A DNA stretch of 64,000 bases from NCBI GenBank assembly GCA_004524445.1, contig SDNP01000007.1, positions 1 to 64,000 on the forward strand. The letters are read 5' to 3'. Position 1 is the stretch's first letter. Every line of letters begins with the position of its first letter. Made by a program: the position numbers and the translations under genes. The notes below the pieces were generated by a model. That model had not been told where the DNA came from, did no database searches, and saw only the letters and a list, made by a program, of their open reading frames with translations. Origin of the DNA: Candidatus Thorarchaeota archaeon (GTDB lineage: Archaea; Asgardarchaeota; Thorarchaeia; Thorarchaeales; Thorarchaeaceae). Positions 1 to 9,950 of the stretch are shown piece by piece.

Positions 1-3000
1 CAAGCATCATGATGATGGGCGGGAGTTCATTTTGTATCTCTCTGTGTCCGGTCGTGGCTCACCCTCAGCGTCTGCCGCAACTATAGCAGAGAGATGGCAC
101 GGTCTGAAATATCTCTACGATATGGCGCATTACAAGCACAGGGACATCATTTGGTTCGATATGGATGGCGAAATCGCAGACCTGTTGCTCGGGAGCCATA
201 GGCTGAGGCTGGCCTTCCACGACGGATCAGTTCAGCGCTTCTTCAAGAAACGCGTCAAGGTTGTTGACATGTCCTCCACTACTGCCGAGTACTTGCATGG
301 CAGGCAAACAAGCCGAGTAATTAGAAAGTTAATCAAAGAGAATCTGGCTAATGCAAGAAGACCTATTGCTGTAGTGAGTGGTTGGAATTCATTGTGGCGA
401 AGAACCGGCCCATATCAGAACCCCTTGTTGGACGTGATACCCCTGCTCTTCTTGTCGGAGGTCCCTCAAGGGGGAACGATTCTGTGGTTCAATCGTCCGG
501 TTCCTCTCTCTGATAATAGCTCCCTTTACCAGACAAAATGTGTAGCGCCATTCTATGCCAATTCTCAATGGGAGAGTTTTATCGATAGAATCGTCTGGAA
601 CCTCCCTCTGCCTCCACAGAGGTCGAGGTCGTTTACGCCTGTGGATGATTCTATCAGGGTATCCATAGTGGAAGCACCGGGTGACACGGTCATCTCGGAG
701 CCAATCCATATCATCCCCCTTGAGGGATGGGGAGAAACCTTCCGGTCAGAACCCCAGACGCCCTATATCTCGATGATGTATTCTAAGGGAACAGGAATCA
801 CAGGCTCTATTCAGACCTTCGCACACACTGTTGACTGTGAAGATGTGTATGATCTCCTGCCGCACCTTCAAGATACTCCGATTACAGATAGCATCCCTGA
901 GAGGACCAGGTATGCAGTTGAAAAAGCAGATGCGTCATCAAGGATTCAGGAAACACAAGATTCTATCAATCTGATTAATTTTCGACCTTATCAATTTCAG
1001 GAGCGACTGGAGAGAAGCAAGCGGTACAAGAAGCTACTACCGATGGACCAGATTACACAGAAACGCGAATATCGAACCATGACTCTTGGTGTGGAGGAGC
1101 CCCAGAGAAACACAAGGCCTCCGTCTGAAGACATGCTGGTATCACATGATGTTGATGGTATTGACATAGCCCTATCCGAGGTCCGTGGCCTGAGGAATAC
1201 CATCTCATTCCTCTTAGACCAAGCATATCCTCCAAGCCACATTGTGAGGTTGTATAGAGAACTACTCGATATCATTGACCCAATAGATGCTACTCAATCC
1301 AGCCAAGAGGTCATGAACAGACTACGCTTGGTTAGACAGACTATTGAGAATGATACATCCACGGAAAAGCTTTGGACGCAGCTAGAACCGTTCCGGATGC
1401 AAGCCCATCGACAATTGAAACCGTACATACGGACTCATATCGAGCAGCTGTTCCAAAGGTACCCCGATATCATGCTCATCACGGGAAACCATCTCTTCTT
1501 GATGCTGCACACCGTACTCGATACGATTTCTTCCAGCATCCATCCGCGAACTCTAGAGATTCTATGGCAATATCTTGTTCCTTGGCATTACATAAGACTT
1601 GGATTCAGACCAGAATACAGGTATGGAACACATTCAGGTCGGTCAGTGTTGGACCGGCATGTGATCTTTAATAGGCTGGAGTCAAGAGCCTTAGCACTGA
1701 ACGCTTTGATTACCGAAGATGTTTCTCTAGGGAATATTAGGATGGGGGAGGTGATATTCCGAAGAACAGGAATAGAGCACGAACCGTTGGCGATGTGGTT
1801 GATATTCCAGAGAACCATGGGAGGGACTGAGATGAATGCGGCACTCATCACGCCATATGCCTTAGACCCGGGCGAATCCCCATATGAGCTTCTGAAGAGC
1901 CTTGTCTCGGATGCGCCCTTCTGGAGTGAGAGCAATATCAGCAAACTGACCGAGTTTGCACGTAGTGAAAAGCACGAGATTCGAGTGCCACTGATGATTG
2001 CCAACCAGAAGGATATGCAGATTCTGTTCGTACGGCACCAAGATAGTGATATCTGGATGCCAGTTGGACGAGTTGAATATACGACTCATGCATTCCAGAG
2101 TATAACATTGGTTAGAACACTGCAGATACGCGCAGAGGAACATGCAGTTCCGGTCTCTACGAAGGCAGTTCCTGAAGCATTCATGGACAGCCAAGACTTG
2201 GTTGATGTTGCCCTTCTTGTCATTCGTCGAGGTCTGGGTGACCCGGTCAATGCGAAATGCCACATCTCGTTGGATCATGATAGAGGATGCTATCGTGCTG
2301 TCATCGAGGTTAAGCGAGAGGAGGACAATGTATCGGAAACTCTGAAATTGACAACCAAGAACACCAGTGAGTTGGTTGGGCTACTCAGGAAGCCAGACTA
2401 TCAGTGTGAGCCGGTGGTCATTGATGGGATGCGACTCATCTGGAACCGATTCCAGGATATCACCTATCATGAGGATGTTCAACTCATCCGTCCATGGGTT
2501 GAGAGAAGAAATCCATTTCCACACTTGACGATGGAGTTGCCACCCAGTGCTGAAGACCTCCTGGCTGCCAAGCAGGACTTCAATATCAGAGTAGAACCTC
2601 ATCACGACCCTTGGGTGTGTCCCCTTCGACATGTTTCCAAGGAGGACATTGAGAGACAGCAGCGTCTTGCTCCAGTGGCAAATATGCACTATCTCTTCCG
2701 ATACGAGATCCCCATCGGAACACCACGGCACCTGCTTGATGAGGCAGGACTAAGACATGGGTCTTGCTGGGGCATCCGAATCCATACGCCCCACCCAATT
2801 CCGACGGAACTCCAGCAGTTAATGTCAGTTCGTTTCACCGCTGCTCAGCTCGTGACACTTGTGAAGTCTGGTGAGATTGTCTACTGGTCGGACGAGCAGC
2901 AAGACTGGATTATTCACTCGATGGACCTTGTGTGGAGAAACCAAGTCATCTCGGAGGCGCAGGAGGCCTGGCACCTCAGGCGTGTCATCAAGGAGTACCT

Positions 3001-3586
3001 TGGGCAAGAACTGAAACTGGTGAGGCCGGGAACCTATCTGCAGAGGCAAGAACGATGGCGTCCTTACTTCATCATTGAGCAAGAGAGGGTAGTAGTTGGT
3101 CTGGAGTGGGGTGCAACAAAAGAGAAACGAGAGAGGGTGCTTGGGGAGAGGAATGTTACTCTCCGAGCAAGAGAAGAGGTTGAGAATATCCTCAACCAGG
3201 GTATGGCGGATCTTCTTGAAGAGCAGGGCATCACCCCCGAAAGAAGGCTCCAGAGCGAAATTAGAAACGAGATGGAGTTCATACTTGAAGAGATAATGAA
3301 ATCAGAGGGACAGTTGAAGTTAACCTACTCAGGGGCAATGATTCGTAGAGATGAGGTGGGCGGAGAAAGGGTCTACATCTACTTCAAGACAGAAGGTGGA
3401 GAAGAGCACATGGTTGCAGTTACAGAGCATCTTCATACTATGACTCAATTCGGTCGTCTGACAGTAGAAACAGTCCGTGAATTGGTGGAGCAAGAGCTAC
3501 GTGATATTCCAATCGAAAATGGGCACATCAATGCAGCTATTGCAGAAACTATCAATCTTCTCCGAGCTAGAAAGATTATTTCCTAA
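1..3586 (+). CDS. Very large hypothetical protein, 5'-truncated by the window edge (>1190 aa)
   Basis: Frame is open from position 2 (KHHDDGREFILYLSV...) to TAA at 3584-3586; no recognisable domain motif. Confidence 0.8.
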   Translation, partial: KHHDDGREFILYLSVSGRGSPSASAATIAERWHGLKYLYDMAHYKHRDIIWFDMDGEIADLLLGSHRLRLAFHDGSVQRFFKKRVKVVDMSSTTAEYLHGRQTSRVIRKLIKENLANARRPIAVVSGWNSLWRRTGPYQNPLLDVIPLLFLSEVPQGGTILWFNRPVPLSDNSSLYQTKCVAPFYANSQWESFIDRIVWNLPLPPQRSRSFTPVDDSIRVSIVEAPGDTVISEPIHIIPLEGWGETFRSEPQTPYISMMYSKGTGITGSIQTFAHTVDCEDVYDLLPHLQDTPITDSIPERTRYAVEKADASSRIQETQDSINLINFRPYQFQERLERSKRYKKLLPMDQITQKREYRTMTLGVEEPQRNTRPPSEDMLVSHDVDGIDIALSEVRGLRNTISFLLDQAYPPSHIVRLYRELLDIIDPIDATQSSQEVMNRLRLVRQTIENDTSTEKLWTQLEPFRMQAHRQLKPYIRTHIEQLFQRYPDIMLITGNHLFLMLHTVLDTISSSIHPRTLEILWQYLVPWHYIRLGFRPEYRYGTHSGRSVLDRHVIFNRLESRALALNALITEDVSLGNIRMGEVIFRRTGIEHEPLAMWLIFQRTMGGTEMNAALITPYALDPGESPYELLKSLVSDAPFWSESNISKLTEFARSEKHEIRVPLMIANQKDMQILFVRHQDSDIWMPVGRVEYTTHAFQSITLVRTLQIRAEEHAVPVSTKAVPEAFMDSQDLVDVALLVIRRGLGDPVNAKCHISLDHDRGCYRAVIEVKREEDNVSETLKLTTKNTSELVGLLRKPDYQCEPVVIDGMRLIWNRFQDITYHEDVQLIRPWVERRNPFPHLTMELPPSAEDLLAAKQDFNIRVEPHHDPWVCPLRHVSKEDIERQQRLAPVANMHYLFRYEIPIGTPRHLLDEAGLRHGSCWGIRIHTPHPIPTELQQLMSVRFTAAQLVTLVKSGEIVYWSDEQQDWIIHSMDLVWRNQVISEAQEAWHLRRVIKEYLGQELKLVRPGTYLQRQERWRPYFIIEQERVVVGLEWGATKEKRERVLGERNVTLRAREEVENILNQGMADLLEEQGITPERRLQSEIRNEMEFILEEIMKSEGQLKLTYSGAMIRRDEVGGERVYIYFKTEGGEEHMVAVTEHLHTMTQFGRLTVETVRELVEQELRDIPIENGHINAAIAETINLLRARKIIS

Positions 3587-3655
3587 TCTTCTCCCTCAGC
3601 TTTCCATGGTTTATCCTTGGAGGTTATGAGAACATATTCGTTGCCTCCTTCCTTT

Positions 3656-5893
3656 TTATTCTGCTTTGCCAAGGAGCCCCAACATCAGCCCCTCTGTATC
3701 TGCAGTCACAATGAAGCTGCTGGTCCACTCAGGGAAGTCTGGCTCATCCCCCTGGTCCAGTATCTCCCTCCATGCCTCATCGGTCAGACGGTCGCTCATT
3801 GGTTGAGTGAACTCATAATACGAGAAAGTGCCTCCCCTTGCCAGCATAAGTTGCCCATTGATAGGAACTGCCACAATGATGATGTGAGGGTCTCCCACAG
3901 CCTCCTCTAGGACCTTCATGGTGTTAGGGTCAGTGTGTACATCCGCAATGAGAGACATATATTTGTCAATACCAGAGGTGATCAAGGGGTCTTCGGGCAT
4001 GGTCCCAATGTACTCTAGTGTGTGTCGCGCGGATTCGATTACCTGAATATCTGTTTCATTGATGGACTGCCCAGCCAGCTCCTTGATTGCGATGGACCTG
4101 AGATCGAGTAGGAATGAGTGGAGTGTTTCCAGCCTATCTTGAAGCCGCTCCGACAATAGGCTCCGCGTACCAAGTCCTTCAAGCATCATCAAACACAAAG
4201 ATGCAAGCCGTCCGTAGACAGTCGGAACGGGTTCTACATAGCCAGGAGGCTGCTCGGGAGATGGGGCCGCCTCGGGTGCCGCATATGATTGCTTAGCATA
4301 GAGGATTGTGTCGTGTCTAAGTTCTGTCCAAGATGCAAGCGCCGTGTGAAGCTGTTTGTCTACCCAAGCCTGATTTCGCATGAATAAGGGATGTGCATCG
4401 CTGGGCTCATGCAGGAGAGGTAGGAGTGAATAGAGCCACAGGTAGTACAGATTCTGGACCCATTCTGCATCGGTCATATTACTGATTCCTGACCTGAGCA
4501 TCTCCATCTGCTCGACATAGTTCTCATATTCTTTCTGATCTTCCAAGAGTTCCCATGCCCTCTCAGAACCGAAGGCTGCCATGACATCGAGACCCTTTGG
4601 CATGAGTCGTGGATTATTGATGGTTCCAACATGCTGATAGACCAATTGTCCAAGAATGTAGCTATCTGGAATGAACCGTTGCCCCATGAAACGCATACCC
4701 TTCGTGACATTGATGTCTTCACCATAAGCTACTGGGGAACCGAGAATCAATGGGTCATGTAGGTCTTCTGCGGTCTCAATGAACTCCCCAAGAAGACTCT
4801 CGTTTTGAAGGATTGACCAAGAGGGATTGGCGCCATAGACATTTTTGATGACCTGCGAATAGTCGAGTGGAGTGGGATCATCTGCTACTCCAACAAAGAA
4901 TGCTGTTGGCTCATACAGACTGTCCCAGACATCATAGCCTGAAAGCTCTATGTTAAATCCACTGACAGTTTCATTCATCATTAGTGCCATCAGAATTGCC
5001 TGACGGGTGTTGGAAAGGCTCTCTAGTCTGAACTGGACCCGTCCAAGCCACATCATTGCCAAAAAATACTTGCTCAGGACCTCACTTCGTGTGTAGTGCC
5101 CTCTAGGCACAAATTGAGTAAAATCTTCCATATAGCTCATGAACCAGTCATCTGTCATTATGGTATGATTGCCAATGTACCCCAATACTTGGTTGACTTC
5201 CGATACAACATCAGGGTGGATATATGTAGAGTTATCGAGAAGGCACATTGCAACAGTGAAGTAGGCAATATTCAAACGTGCGGCCTCTCTCCATACCCCT
5301 TCCGGTGCGTCTTCGTACACCTCGTAGGCTTCTTGAAGTAATGAATTGGTCAGATTTCCAAGGAGGTCCCAGAATGAATAGACCTCTACCTCCCTAAGGG
5401 CAAGATCGTAACATACATGAAATGCATGAAGCACTGCGTCACTCGTGATGAAGTTAGGAATCTCCGTCCAATAGTTCCCATCAAGGATTTCATAGATTTG
5501 ACTGAATTGATTTTGTGTGATGACTACAAATCCATTCTCAGTTATCTTCTGTTTAGCTCCTTCACTCAAATGACGAAAATCTTCTTGATTGACAACATTC
5601 GATAAGGATGGATCTATAGAATAGCCCGAGCTGGCGAGGATATACCACTCAGCATATGGAATGTATTCGCCAAACGAAGTGGTAATTGAACGATTTATAC
5701 TTCTGAAGTTTCCCCGATATGGTGCGGGAGTAGGTGGATACTCAGGACTAATCGGACTATAGATGCCACCATAGAATGCTAAAGCAACAACAATTGTTGC
5801 TGCCAATAAGGAAGCGACAATCCCTCCTGCACCTATCTTGCGCTTTACCTCGTCATCAATCGCTCTAATCCCACGATTAGTAATCATATCCAA
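3656..5893 (-). CDS. DUF3160 domain membrane-anchored/secreted protein
   Basis: N-terminal TM segment; family-typical motifs FITSDAVLHAFH, PRGHYT, WTELRHDTILYAKQSY, GYVEP, LTDEAW. Start may be a few codons downstream. Confidence 0.85.
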   Translation of the reverse strand: MDMITNRGIRAIDDEVKRKIGAGGIVASLLAATIVVALAFYGGIYSPISPEYPPTPAPYRGNFRSINRSITTSFGEYIPYAEWYILASSGYSIDPSLSNVVNQEDFRHLSEGAKQKITENGFVVITQNQFSQIYEILDGNYWTEIPNFITSDAVLHAFHVCYDLALREVEVYSFWDLLGNLTNSLLQEAYEVYEDAPEGVWREAARLNIAYFTVAMCLLDNSTYIHPDVVSEVNQVLGYIGNHTIMTDDWFMSYMEDFTQFVPRGHYTRSEVLSKYFLAMMWLGRVQFRLESLSNTRQAILMALMMNETVSGFNIELSGYDVWDSLYEPTAFFVGVADDPTPLDYSQVIKNVYGANPSWSILQNESLLGEFIETAEDLHDPLILGSPVAYGEDINVTKGMRFMGQRFIPDSYILGQLVYQHVGTINNPRLMPKGLDVMAAFGSERAWELLEDQKEYENYVEQMEMLRSGISNMTDAEWVQNLYYLWLYSLLPLLHEPSDAHPLFMRNQAWVDKQLHTALASWTELRHDTILYAKQSYAAPEAAPSPEQPPGYVEPVPTVYGRLASLCLMMLEGLGTRSLLSERLQDRLETLHSFLLDLRSIAIKELAGQSINETDIQVIESARHTLEYIGTMPEDPLITSGIDKYMSLIADVHTDPNTMKVLEEAVGDPHIIIVAVPINGQLMLARGGTFSYYEFTQPMSDRLTDEAWREILDQGDEPDFPEWTSSFIVTADTEGLMLGLLGKAE

Positions 5894-6014
5894 TACTATG
5901 GCGAGAACCTATTTAGTTCCATGGTGTAGAACGCTCTGTTCAAGCTTTAGAACAGAATTATCGAAAGATAGTATTATCTGTCTCGATGAGCTGATATATG
6001 GTGTTGGGGTTTGG

Positions 6015-6467
6015 ATGCGAGCGGATGATGACAGCCTTGAGATGGAGAGCGAGTTGCGAGGCAATACGCTCAGAGTCTATTGGTATATGATTCAGCAGAA
6101 TGAACCTGTGGGGGTCAGAGAAGTACAGAAGGCCTTGAATATGAGTAGTCCCTCTGTGGCAAGTCATCACCTCAACAAACTGATTAATTTGGACCTCGCT
6201 CAGAAAATGCGCGACAACTCTTATGGACTAATAGAGATTGTTAAAGTTGGAGTGCTGAGGAATTTCGTTGGGTATCGAGGAAGGCTTCTCCCAAGATATT
6301 CTTTCATAGCAGTCTTCTTTACTGTATTCACAGTCGTATACGGGGCGCTTACGTTCGTCATGCCCATCGGTTTCTTTGATAGGATGATTGCTCTCGTACT
6401 GGGGTTTATTGGAGCAGTGTTTTCTTGGGTTGAAACCTATAGGCTTTGGAATCTCAAAATAGTGTGA
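6015..6467 (+). CDS. Winged-helix transcription regulator with two C-terminal TM helices
   Basis: LRGNTLRVYWY...GVREVQKALNMSSPSVASHHLNKL wHTH followed by hydrophobic segments; ATG 6015 chosen because the track start at 5838 overlaps the divergent gene. Confidence 0.75.
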   Translation: MRADDDSLEMESELRGNTLRVYWYMIQQNEPVGVREVQKALNMSSPSVASHHLNKLINLDLAQKMRDNSYGLIEIVKVGVLRNFVGYRGRLLPRYSFIAVFFTVFTVVYGALTFVMPIGFFDRMIALVLGFIGAVFSWVETYRLWNLKIV

Positions 6468-6480
6468 ATGGACAGCTGTT

Positions 6481-6726
6481 GTGCTCTTTTTGAACGGAAG
6501 CATGCTCGCGGGGGTCTTTGAAGACTTCGTCTTCTTACGTATTCCTCCAGAGGAGCAGGATGCTCTACTCTCGCAGTTTCATGAGCTGAAGCGATTTGAA
6601 CCGAATGAGGGACAAATCATGAGGGAATATATGGCAATGTCCGAAACTCTCTTCTCCAATCCTGTGATTCGTAAGAAACTAATCAAAAGAGCTATCGAGC
6701 ATGTGCTACAATTACCCCCCAAATGA
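6481..6726 (+). pseudogene. TfoX/Sxy N-terminal-domain protein, probably 5'-truncated
   Basis: FLNGSMLAGVFEDFVFLR...FEP..G..MREY resembles TfoX_N, but the usual upstream KMFG segment is absent and an in-frame TAG lies at 6460. Confidence 0.5.
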
Positions 6727-6843
6727 GTGACCAGTTCAGATTGGTTTTATGCGGCATTAGTCCGAAAATCAGCTATTCAATAACTCTCCAGAAATCTATT
6801 TATACAAGAGCTTGAGGGCTTAGAGTTGGGAGGATTTTCATAG

Positions 6844-7758
6844 ATGGCAGAAGACACTTCTGAGATGACAATTCATGAAGCTTGCGGGAGCTCAAAAGAC
6901 AAGGCGTTTGCCTTAGTCGAGGTGATTATGGTCCGGTTCGTAATCTATGCCCTATTAGCAAGAGTCCTGCTCATAACGTTATTCGGAGGCATCGAAACCC
7001 AAAATATCTTGGCCGCGTATGTGGTGGGTTCTTTGTGGTTCATCATTCCTTTTGGCGTGGTTATGGTGACAAGGCGAGATCGCTCTTCCTTTGGATTCAC
7101 TCTCAGACCAATCCGCAGGAATGTAGATCGTGGTATGAGTGCGTTCTTGGTGCTACTGATCGCACTCATGGGATTTGGTATCCTTAGCGCACTGGGCTGG
7201 AGTTATCTTGAGCCGCGCGGTGCAATGTTATTAACGAGCCTTTTTTCCATATCCCTTATCTTGGTTGTTTTACTGATTGGAAGGGATGATGAAGAACAGG
7301 AGATTAGCAATAGCAGTTTCTATGGTGATCTCATCATCATAATGCTTTTGTTGGTTCTTCCTATTCTGGGAGGATTTGTTATGGGGCAGCTATCCATATT
7401 ACTGGTTTCTACAGTGATATGGCAATTTGTCTTCTCGGGGTTTGGGGAGGAAGCATTCTTCAGAGGTTACATTCAATCTCGCCTGAATGAGGCCTTTGGT
7501 CGCCCATATGAAGTAAAGGGAGTCAATTTCGGTGTCGGATTGATTATCTCTGCCCTGATATTCTCGATTAGCCACATGCTGAATACATTTGACCTCTACA
7601 CGCTTACTGGTCAACTGGCTATTTGGTGGGGCACCTTCACTTTTGTGGGAGGCCTAATCTTTGGGCTTCTGAAGGAGTGGAGTGGGAGTATCATGCCTGG
7701 TGGGATTGCTCATGGCTTGGAGGCATTTGGGGAGGCAATAGGGATATTATTCTCATAA
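6844..7758 (+). CDS. CPBP (CAAX/Abi) family intramembrane metalloprotease
   Basis: Multi-TM protein with EEAFFRG, FSISH and a C-terminal H motif. Confidence 0.9.
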   Translation: MAEDTSEMTIHEACGSSKDKAFALVEVIMVRFVIYALLARVLLITLFGGIETQNILAAYVVGSLWFIIPFGVVMVTRRDRSSFGFTLRPIRRNVDRGMSAFLVLLIALMGFGILSALGWSYLEPRGAMLLTSLFSISLILVVLLIGRDDEEQEISNSSFYGDLIIIMLLLVLPILGGFVMGQLSILLVSTVIWQFVFSGFGEEAFFRGYIQSRLNEAFGRPYEVKGVNFGVGLIISALIFSISHMLNTFDLYTLTGQLAIWWGTFTFVGGLIFGLLKEWSGSIMPGGIAHGLEAFGEAIGILFS

Positions 7759-7822
7759 AATGCCCACACGAGATATATATCCGCCTAACTCAATCACGGT
7801 TGATGCAGGACCTGAGGTATTC

Positions 7823-8014
7823 ATGATGGAACTGAAATGTGACAGCTGTAATGGCGATAAATGGAAAATGACAATCTATGAGATGAAAGTCTTCGGACAG
7901 ACTAGTATTTACACTGCAATCAAATGTGAAACCTGCGGCATGGTCTATCCCCTTACACAACTCGCGAAGAACCAACCAAAGGACACCGTTATTGGCATGT
8001 TAAAGAGCGAGTAG
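7823..8014 (+). CDS. Small zinc-ribbon protein
   Basis: CDSC...CETC pair; GAGGT SD-like sequence before ATG 7823. Confidence 0.65.
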   Translation: MMELKCDSCNGDKWKMTIYEMKVFGQTSIYTAIKCETCGMVYPLTQLAKNQPKDTVIGMLKSE

Positions 8015-8133
8015 ACTGCAAAATAGCAACAAGATACTAGCATAAGCAGGTGATGAGTTCCATCTTTCCCAATACTCAAGAAAATGGGGCTTGAGTGATA
8101 TATTGCAGTAGATCACCCCGCTCGAAACCCATA

Positions 8134-8958
8134 CTAGCCAGGGAGTTCTCGCTTTAACATCGACATGAGAGATTCAAAGGTCTTGTCACAGAGCCAAACG
8201 GCACCCTGACTGAAGTTCAAGGGAAGCTTATGAACAATACTGACCTCACGGCAGGCCTCAGCAAGTGTTCGTGCTTGTTCCAGAGGCGAACTACAGTCAA
8301 ACATGATGCCACTCTCTTTTGCCACTCGACGCACACAGGCATCAACAGGAACTAGATAGGTCTGGGAATCGACGGTTTTCGTATACTCATCAAGTTCATC
8401 ATAGAATAGTTCTACGAGGTCTCTCAGATAGGTGGCTGCTCCGATATGACCAACGCCAGGAAACTGACATAGCTGCTCATACACTCCTGCAATACTGTGG
8501 TTTTGTATTTGATTGATGCTATATTGCACGATATTCCCAGAGGGCAATGCCATCAAAAACTGGAGTATTCCCTGACGGGAGTCTTCTCCACTGCTCTTAC
8601 TACCAAATATCATTTGAATGTCGGCTTCGCTCTTGTAGCCCTTGCCATCATATTGTATTTCTTCAAAAGCTAGTCTGGCCTTGGAGAGGGCCTTCTCCCC
8701 TGTTCTGACTATTCCATCTGGGGATGCTATGTCAATGATGCCATCAAAAGTATCTTCCACCATCTCCCGTATTCGCCTGGAAACAATCTCGTTCCTCCCT
8801 CGATTCAGTAGCTTCATGAGTAAGAATCGAAATGCATGCCACCAATGGGTTCGAATCAGTTCTATATTGCTTCCCAGTATTCTCATGTAGTGATTCCTGT
8901 ACAAATATGAGAACTTTGCTACACGAGCAATCATGAGGTTGTCCATCGACAGAGTCAC
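8134..8958 (-). CDS. HhH-GPD superfamily (DNA glycosylase-like) protein
   Basis: HhH-like LCQFPGVGHIGAATYLRD followed by VPVDACVRRV containing the conserved Asp. Confidence 0.6.
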   Translation of the reverse strand: MTLSMDNLMIARVAKFSYLYRNHYMRILGSNIELIRTHWWHAFRFLLMKLLNRGRNEIVSRRIREMVEDTFDGIIDIASPDGIVRTGEKALSKARLAFEEIQYDGKGYKSEADIQMIFGSKSSGEDSRQGILQFLMALPSGNIVQYSINQIQNHSIAGVYEQLCQFPGVGHIGAATYLRDLVELFYDELDEYTKTVDSQTYLVPVDACVRRVAKESGIMFDCSSPLEQARTLAEACREVSIVHKLPLNFSQGAVWLCDKTFESLMSMLKRELPG

Positions 8959-9169
8959 CGATGTATTCTGAAGTAATCGAGATATATATGACCGTGTAAT
9001 TTCGTTATAGCAGTTGTTTACAGAGCAGCAGTCCTATGAAGCATATCAGTCGTTATGGAGTATCCAACTTGAGTGCAAATACATCATAGTCCGTAATAGC
9101 TATTTTCTTAGGGCTCTATGACAATGTCAATTAACTACCTCATACAATTGGAAGTAGGCAAGTGATATC

Positions 9170-9892
9170 ATGCCGAAAAGCAAGTTCTCCAGAGATATCG
9201 ACGCGTTGCTATTGGAGCTGACGCCACACTCCAATTCCGATGTCATGTCGAAATTGGGAAATATACGAGATCGTTTGGTCCAGCTCAAGAAGCAACGAGT
9301 GGTAAAAATCAACCACAGTGTATTGGAATTACTTGTTTCAAAATACCTGTTGGAGTCTGGATATGATGTCTGTGTAGAGGAACCTGTGGACGGAGGCTCA
9401 CTGATTGCTGATATTCTGGCTCATCGCAGACCAATCAAGAAAGCTGAGATGCTGAAGCAATCCATAGAGCAAGAAGTCATGATGGAGGAATCAGAGAGCC
9501 TACTTGTAGAGATTGAAACGGGCTTCGTACCCCCCTTCGCTGCTCTCAATCCAGGAAACTATAGACAGGCTCGCATAGCCGCTAAGATTGCCCGCTATAG
9601 TTGCCTGACTGACAGATTTGCTCTGGGTGCTCCATTCTATCATTTGCTTCAGATACCACGCATGTACTTGAGTAATCCAAAAGAGAGAACTGAGGCTGAA
9701 GCCCAGAAAATCAAGGCCCTATGTGATATTTATTATCGTAATCCTCGTATTCCAATTGAGAGTCTATTTTCAGCAGAACTGGATTCTGTCTACCTTATTG
9801 ATGTAGATAATAGATCCGTTTCCCGCTTATCCGCTCGCTCTTACCTTGAATATCTTCGAGGGCCAAGTGACTTGTTCAAGGCGGTCACATGA
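9170..9892 (+). CDS. Conserved archaeal hypothetical protein with PD-(D/E)xK-like nuclease fold
   Basis: H...E helix, GYDVCVEE, IADILA, LLVEIETG pattern typical of restriction-endonuclease-like folds (ExE variant). Confidence 0.6.
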   Translation: MPKSKFSRDIDALLLELTPHSNSDVMSKLGNIRDRLVQLKKQRVVKINHSVLELLVSKYLLESGYDVCVEEPVDGGSLIADILAHRRPIKKAEMLKQSIEQEVMMEESESLLVEIETGFVPPFAALNPGNYRQARIAAKIARYSCLTDRFALGAPFYHLLQIPRMYLSNPKERTEAEAQKIKALCDIYYRNPRIPIESLFSAELDSVYLIDVDNRSVSRLSARSYLEYLRGPSDLFKAVT

Positions 9893-9914
9893 ACGGCCGG
9901 AAATATCACACGCC

Positions 9915-9929
9915 CCAAACCTTATTAGG
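9915..9929 (+). promoter_or_regulatory. Putative BRE/TATA promoter of the ncRNA
   Basis: CCAAAC-CTTATTAG, 23-30 nt upstream of 9951; resembles CTTTATCT and CTTATAA found upstream of the tRNA-Thr and tRNA-Pro genes in this window. Confidence 0.5.
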
Positions 9930-9950
9930 TTACATTAACTATATTAAATT

